From NCBI GenBank assembly GCA_030550535.1, contig JAUQPF010000051.1, positions 2,974-66,973 on the forward strand: a stretch of 64,000 nucleotides of DNA, given 5' to 3'. Source of the stretch: Candidatus Bipolaricaulota bacterium. Lineage in GTDB: Bacteria; Bipolaricaulota; Bipolaricaulia; Bipolaricaulales; Bipolaricaulaceae. Below, piece by piece: positions 59,998 to 64,000 of this stretch. The notes beneath the pieces are model-generated. The model had not been told where the DNA came from. It made no database searches and saw nothing but the letters and a program-made list of their open reading frames with translations. Made by a program: the position numbers and the translations under genes. Each line of letters begins with the position of its first letter. Position 1 is the first letter of the stretch.

Positions 59998-60512
59998 TGC
60001 GCATCGCCCTTTACCCGGGAAGCTTTGACCCCATCACCTACGGCCACATCGACGTCCTGCGCCGGGCCAAACGGCTTTTCGACAAACTGATCGTGGCCGT
60101 GGTGGAAAACCCCCGGAAAACCCCGCTTTTCACCGCGGAGGAGCGCAAAAAACTGGTGGAGGAGGCCCTGGCGGAGGAGGGGATCTGTGGGGTGGAGGTG
60201 ATCACCTACTCGGGACTCCTTATCGAGTGCGCAAAGAAGGTGGGGGCGGTGGCGGTGGTGCGGGGACTGCGCGCCACCTCCGACTTCGACTACGAGTTCC
60301 AGCTGGCCCTCACCAACCGGGATTTGGATAGTGAGATCGAGACGGTGTTCCTCATGACCGCTGGCCAGTACTCCTTTTTGTCGAGCTCCATCGTAAAGGA
60401 GGTCAAGCTCTACGGCGGGGACGTCTCGAAGTTTGTGCCCCGCTGCGTGGAGCGCGCTTTGGAGGCGAAGTTCAAGGCCCTGGGGGCGAAGGTCAACCCC
60501 CACGCCCTTTAG
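59997..60512 (+). CDS. coaD: phosphopantetheine adenylyltransferase
   Basis: MRIALYPGSFDPITYGHIDV..., ...SSSIVKEV... The ATG shares a base with the upstream stop (TGATG). Confidence 0.93.
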   Translation: MRIALYPGSFDPITYGHIDVLRRAKRLFDKLIVAVVENPRKTPLFTAEERKKLVEEALAEEGICGVEVITYSGLLIECAKKVGAVAVVRGLRATSDFDYEFQLALTNRDLDSEIETVFLMTAGQYSFLSSSIVKEVKLYGGDVSKFVPRCVERALEAKFKALGAKVNPHAL

Positions 60513-61256
60513 TCCGCGCGTCGTCCCACGGGAGCTAGGTACACGGTGAACTCCTCTTCGCCGTCCACTTCCAAAAGCGCGTCCATTTTCCTTTGGTCAT
60601 AGGCTGCGACGGTGCGGGTGGCCAGCCCAGGGCTTCGCACGCCAAATACAGATTTTGGCACACATGGCCTGCATCGATGGCGATGACCTTGTGCGAGGGC
60701 ACGTGATCGCGCCATTCCGCGCGATAAGGCACGGCCGTCCAGACGAAAACCACAGCAGCTTCGCCCACAAAGGTCTGCCCCAGCGCGGCCTCCGCTATTT
60801 TTGGGGCAAGCCCCCGTCTGGGCGCAAGAAAACGAGCTGGTGCGTGAGCGGCAGGTAACGGTACACACCGGGGATCAGATCCTGCACACGGTGCACGGCG
60901 AGGTAGGTTTCGAAGGGGTGACGGGCGCCCGCGGAGGGCACCGTCCGCCACGTGGCGATTCCATCCCGGATTATTTTGTGCACGCCTTGGGTGGTCCAAA
61001 GGAGAAAGGACAACTCGGGGAGCGAAATCGGTTCCGGGGAAAAGCGGCGGCGGCTGCGCCGGCTCGCCAGGCGTTGGACAAAGTCCTGTGGGGGGAGGCT
61101 TAGGGCCGCGGGCGCAGGCAGATCCAAAACTTCTGCGCCCTTAGGAACGGGTCGCTGCAGGGGCGGAGCCGGCAGGCCCTTCTTCTGGTCCGTCTCCAAG
61201 GGTCCTCCCCAAAGGTCCGCGCGCAACCATTTCCGCCCGTCTTCCAGCGTGGCCAA
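60509..61256 (-). pseudogene. SagB-type dehydrogenase / nitroreductase-family gene interrupted by two frameshifts
   Basis: Three consecutive ORF pieces in three frames: ...RRFSPEPISLPELSFLLWTTQGV...RTVPSAGARHPFETYL...THQLVFLRPDGG | LAPKIAEAALGQTFVGEAAVVFVWTAV...DAGHVCQNLYLACEALG | LATRTVAAYDQRKMDALLEVDGEEEFTVYLAPVGRRAD. TTG start comp 61256 after AAGGAGGGGA. Confidence 0.75.
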
Positions 61257-61266
61257 GTTCCCCTCC

Positions 61267-62037
61267 TTACCTTTGGCAGCGGGGGCAAAAATAGGTGCCC
61301 CGGCCGCCGAGCTCGATCCGCTCAATGGGCGTCCCGCACACCTTGCAGGGAAGCCCCTCCCGCCCGTACACCCAGGGCTCGTAGTCCCCGGCCTCACCCT
61401 CCGGGGTCTGATAAGCCCCGTCCGCAAGCGTCGTCCCCAGGGCCTCGATGGCCTCCGTGAGGACCTCCGGGATGGCCTCTTTGAGGCGCTGCACCGCGCG
61501 GGGGCCCAGGGAGTTCGCGGGCCGGCGGGGATCGATCCCCGCCCGGAACAGGATCTCCGCGGCGTAGATGTTCCCGATCCCCGCGATGTTCCGCTGGTCC
61601 AAAAGCCAGACCTTGATGGGCGCCCGACTCCCCTTCAAGGCCTCCGGAAGGAAGGAGAGGTCGGAAAGGGCGTCGGGCCCAAGCTCCTCGGTGAACTCCG
61701 GGACGACCTCCACCGTGCCCAGCCGACGCACGTCCACAAAGAGGACGTTCCCTTGCGGAAATTCAAGGACGAGGCGGGTGTGCGGGGGCCGCGCTTGACC
61801 CTCCTCCCACAGGAGCCGGCCGGACATGCGCAGATGCACGACCAGCCAGAGATCACCCAGGCCGAACAGGATGTATTTCCCCCGCCGCTCCAAAGCGCGT
61901 ACCTGGGCCGGAAGGGAAAGGGATTTGGGCACGGGATCAAACACGGGATCCAAAGCGTGAGCGCGAAGGAGGGTTTGGCCCAGGACCTTGGGGCGCAGGG
62001 CCCGCACGGTGCTCTCCACCTCGGGAAGCTCGGGCAT
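61267..62037 (-). CDS. mutM: formamidopyrimidine-DNA glycosylase
   Basis: MPELPEVE N-terminus, H2TH region ...LLDQRNIAGIGNIYAAEILF..., C-terminal zinc finger CKVCGTPI...GRGTYFCPRCQ. Confidence 0.93.
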   Translation of the reverse strand: MPELPEVESTVRALRPKVLGQTLLRAHALDPVFDPVPKSLSLPAQVRALERRGKYILFGLGDLWLVVHLRMSGRLLWEEGQARPPHTRLVLEFPQGNVLFVDVRRLGTVEVVPEFTEELGPDALSDLSFLPEALKGSRAPIKVWLLDQRNIAGIGNIYAAEILFRAGIDPRRPANSLGPRAVQRLKEAIPEVLTEAIEALGTTLADGAYQTPEGEAGDYEPWVYGREGLPCKVCGTPIERIELGGRGTYFCPRCQR

Positions 62038-62039
62038 AC

Positions 62040-63530
62040 CTAGCGGCTGAACACGAGTTCCCCAGCCACGAACGTGGCGTCCACTTGGAGGTCCTTTGGG
62101 GGCACGCGGCCGGGATCGCCGGAGAGGACCACGAAGTCCGCCCACTTGCCCGGGGCAATGGTGCCAAGCTCGTCCTCGGCGAAGGCGGCGAAGGCCGCGC
62201 CCTGGGTATAGGCCTGGAGTGCTTCCTCCCAGGTGACCCGCTGGGGATAGTAAGGAGGATCCAGGGCCAAGCCGATCCCGTAGAGGGGACCCAGGGGCAT
62301 CCCGTCGGAGCCGAAGGCCAAGGGGATGCCGCGCTCCAAGACCCAGCGGTGGGGGTCGATGCGCGCGTCCCGTGTGGGCCCCAGGCGATCCTCGTACATC
62401 CGTCCCGGCCCCGACCACTGCAGGAAGTTGGGCTGCATGGAGGCCACGAGGCCCAGCTCCTTCACGCGGTCCAACTGGTGGGGGGTGGGGAGCTCCAGGT
62501 GCTCCACGCGGTGGCGGTCCAGGGCGCCCACGCCCGCAAGGCGCGCCGCGGCCAACACCTCCTCGATGGCCCGATCGCCGATGGCGTGCACAGCGAGTTG
62601 GAGCTCCGCTTCCATGACCTTCCGCCAAAGCCGGGCGAGTTCCCCCCGGCCCAAAAGCACCCGGCCTTTACCCATCTCGCCCTGGTAGGGCTCGAACAAG
62701 GCCGCGGTCTTAGCCCCAATGGAGCCGTCCACGAACGCCTTCACCCCGCAGATGCGCAAGAAGGGGGAGCCGAAGCCCCGCCGCAGGCCCAGGCCAACGA
62801 GCTGGGGAAGGAGGTCGGCCTTCCCATAGGCGAAGATGCGCGTGCGCAGAAGCCCTCGACGCTCGGCCGTGGCATAGGCCCGGAACGCCAAGGCCTCCGT
62901 GTCCATGTCGGCCACCGCCGTGACCCCCAAGGAAGCGGCGTAGCGGGAGGCCGCGGCCACCGCTTCCACCAGGGCCTCCTGGCTTGGCCGCACGAGGGAA
63001 AGCACCTCGAAAACCGCGTCCTCAAAGAGATGGCCGCGCGCGCGGTCCACGAGCTCTCCTTCGGGGCGCACGCAGCGGGCCAGGGCCAGGGTGTTGGCCA
63101 CCATCATGTGGCCGTCCACGCGCACGGCGCAGCAGGGCTGGCGGGGCACGGCGCGATCCAGGTCCGCCCGTTCCAGATACCGCTTCTCCGGCCAGCGGGA
63201 CTCGTCCCAGCCCCGCCCCACCACCCACTCGCCCGGCCGCTCCTGGGCCCGGGCCCGCAAAAGCTCCAAGGCCTCCGAGAGCGTGCGGGCTTGGGAGAGG
63301 TCCACGAAGAACGTGCGATCCAGGCCGACCTTCAAAAAGTGAACATGGGCGTCGAAGAAGCCGGGGAGGAGCGGCCGCCCCTCCAGACGAAAGACTTGGG
63401 TTTTGGGGCCGCGCAGGTTCCCCAGCTCCGGAGCGCGCCCGACCACCACGATGCGCCCGCACCGCACCCCCACGGCATCGGCGCCGGGATGCCCGTGGAT
63501 GGGGCCGCCCTGCACGATCAGGTCCAGCAT
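62040..63530 (-). CDS. amidohydrolase-3 family metal-dependent hydrolase (YtcJ-like)
   Basis: ...LLPGFFDAHVHF..., ...HAIGDRA..., ...FGSDGMP... 496 aa. Confidence 0.8.
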   Translation of the reverse strand: MLDLIVQGGPIHGHPGADAVGVRCGRIVVVGRAPELGNLRGPKTQVFRLEGRPLLPGFFDAHVHFLKVGLDRTFFVDLSQARTLSEALELLRARAQERPGEWVVGRGWDESRWPEKRYLERADLDRAVPRQPCCAVRVDGHMMVANTLALARCVRPEGELVDRARGHLFEDAVFEVLSLVRPSQEALVEAVAAASRYAASLGVTAVADMDTEALAFRAYATAERRGLLRTRIFAYGKADLLPQLVGLGLRRGFGSPFLRICGVKAFVDGSIGAKTAALFEPYQGEMGKGRVLLGRGELARLWRKVMEAELQLAVHAIGDRAIEEVLAAARLAGVGALDRHRVEHLELPTPHQLDRVKELGLVASMQPNFLQWSGPGRMYEDRLGPTRDARIDPHRWVLERGIPLAFGSDGMPLGPLYGIGLALDPPYYPQRVTWEEALQAYTQGAAFAAFAEDELGTIAPGKWADFVVLSGDPGRVPPKDLQVDATFVAGELVFSR

Positions 63531-63589
63531 CTCTGCGCCATTATAAGACGCGCTGGGTTCCGGGCGAACTTTCCGCTAGGATAGCGGCG

Positions 63590-64000
63590 ATGGAGGTTCT
63601 AGCGCCGGATGCACAGGGGATCGCGCGGGCCGCCCGAATCCTGCGGGAAGGAGGGCTCGTGGCCTTCCCCACGGAGACCGTCTACGGCCTGGGTGCCCAT
63701 GCCCTCTCCGCGGAGGCCGTGGCCCGCGTCTTCGCCGTGAAAAACCGCCCGCGTTTTGATCCCGTGATCGTCCACGTGGCGGCATCCCAGGAGGCCGAAG
63801 GGCTTTGGCAAGAGGTGCCGGAGCTGGCCCGCCGGCTCATGGCGCGGTTCTGGCCCGGCCCCCTCACCCTGGTCCTCCCCAAGCGGCCGGTGGTCCCGGA
63901 CCTCGTGACCGCGGGGCTCCCCACGGTGGCCGTGCGCATGCCCGCCCACCCCGTGGCGTTGGCCCTGATCCGGGAGGCCGGGGTGCCCATCGCCGCGCCC
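63590..64000 (+). CDS. tsaC: L-threonylcarbamoyladenylate synthase (YrdC/Sua5 domain), 5' part; runs off the right edge
   Basis: Not in the ORF track. Own translation from ATG 63590: MEVLAPDAQGIARAARILREGGLVAFPTETVYGLGAHALSAEAVARVFAVKNRPRFDPVIVHV...WPGPLTLVLP...VAVRMPAHPVALALI... Confidence 0.85.
   Translation, partial: MEVLAPDAQGIARAARILREGGLVAFPTETVYGLGAHALSAEAVARVFAVKNRPRFDPVIVHVAASQEAEGLWQEVPELARRLMARFWPGPLTLVLPKRPVVPDLVTAGLPTVAVRMPAHPVALALIREAGVPIAAP

Overview
GC-rich (about two-thirds G+C by eye), very gene-dense bacterial chromosomal segment with about 60 protein genes and 3 tRNAs. Stop/start overlaps (ATGA, GTGA, TAATG) are common. The taxon cannot be assigned from sequence alone. 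BamA, Skp and predicted beta-barrel proteins indicate a diderm. Most of the window is housekeeping. A 14-gene co-directional minus-strand block runs yraN-yifB-bamA-skp-fabZ-ftcD-murD-ftsW-murG-murC-murB-ftsQ-ftsA-ftsZ (54.7 to 39.9 kb). Other core genes are rpsO-pnp-M16 peptidase-coaD, cysK-cysE, pyrG, lptB, trmFO, nadE, alr, hypF, galE, mutM and a PadR-headed FecB/FecCD/FecE-type ABC importer. The most unusual region is 8.2-18.8 kb, a compact type-IX-secretion-like module. It holds an S8 protease and a 1013-aa repeat/PKD surface protein, both ending in T9SS-type C-terminal domains. It also holds two PorV/PorQ-like barrel paralogs and a 1265-aa SprA-like outer-membrane protein. No porKLMN or porU is visible in the window. 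Other points of interest: (1) a 442-aa uncharacterised protein translationally overlapped with a displaced mraY; (2) a HEPN-MNT pair coupled to a sugar isomerase gene; (3) a promoter-plus-terminator unit predicting an ~85-nt C-rich small RNA; (4) a ~0.8-kb lower-GC stretch with no intact ORF; (5) a family of nested-palindrome REP-like elements (5 copies); (6) three single-base frameshifts, two clearly in homopolymer runs, affecting two genes; (7) a recurring -10 box 6-9 nt upstream of start codons, suggesting leaderless mRNAs. All homology calls rest on motifs I recognise in the translations. No database search was possible.
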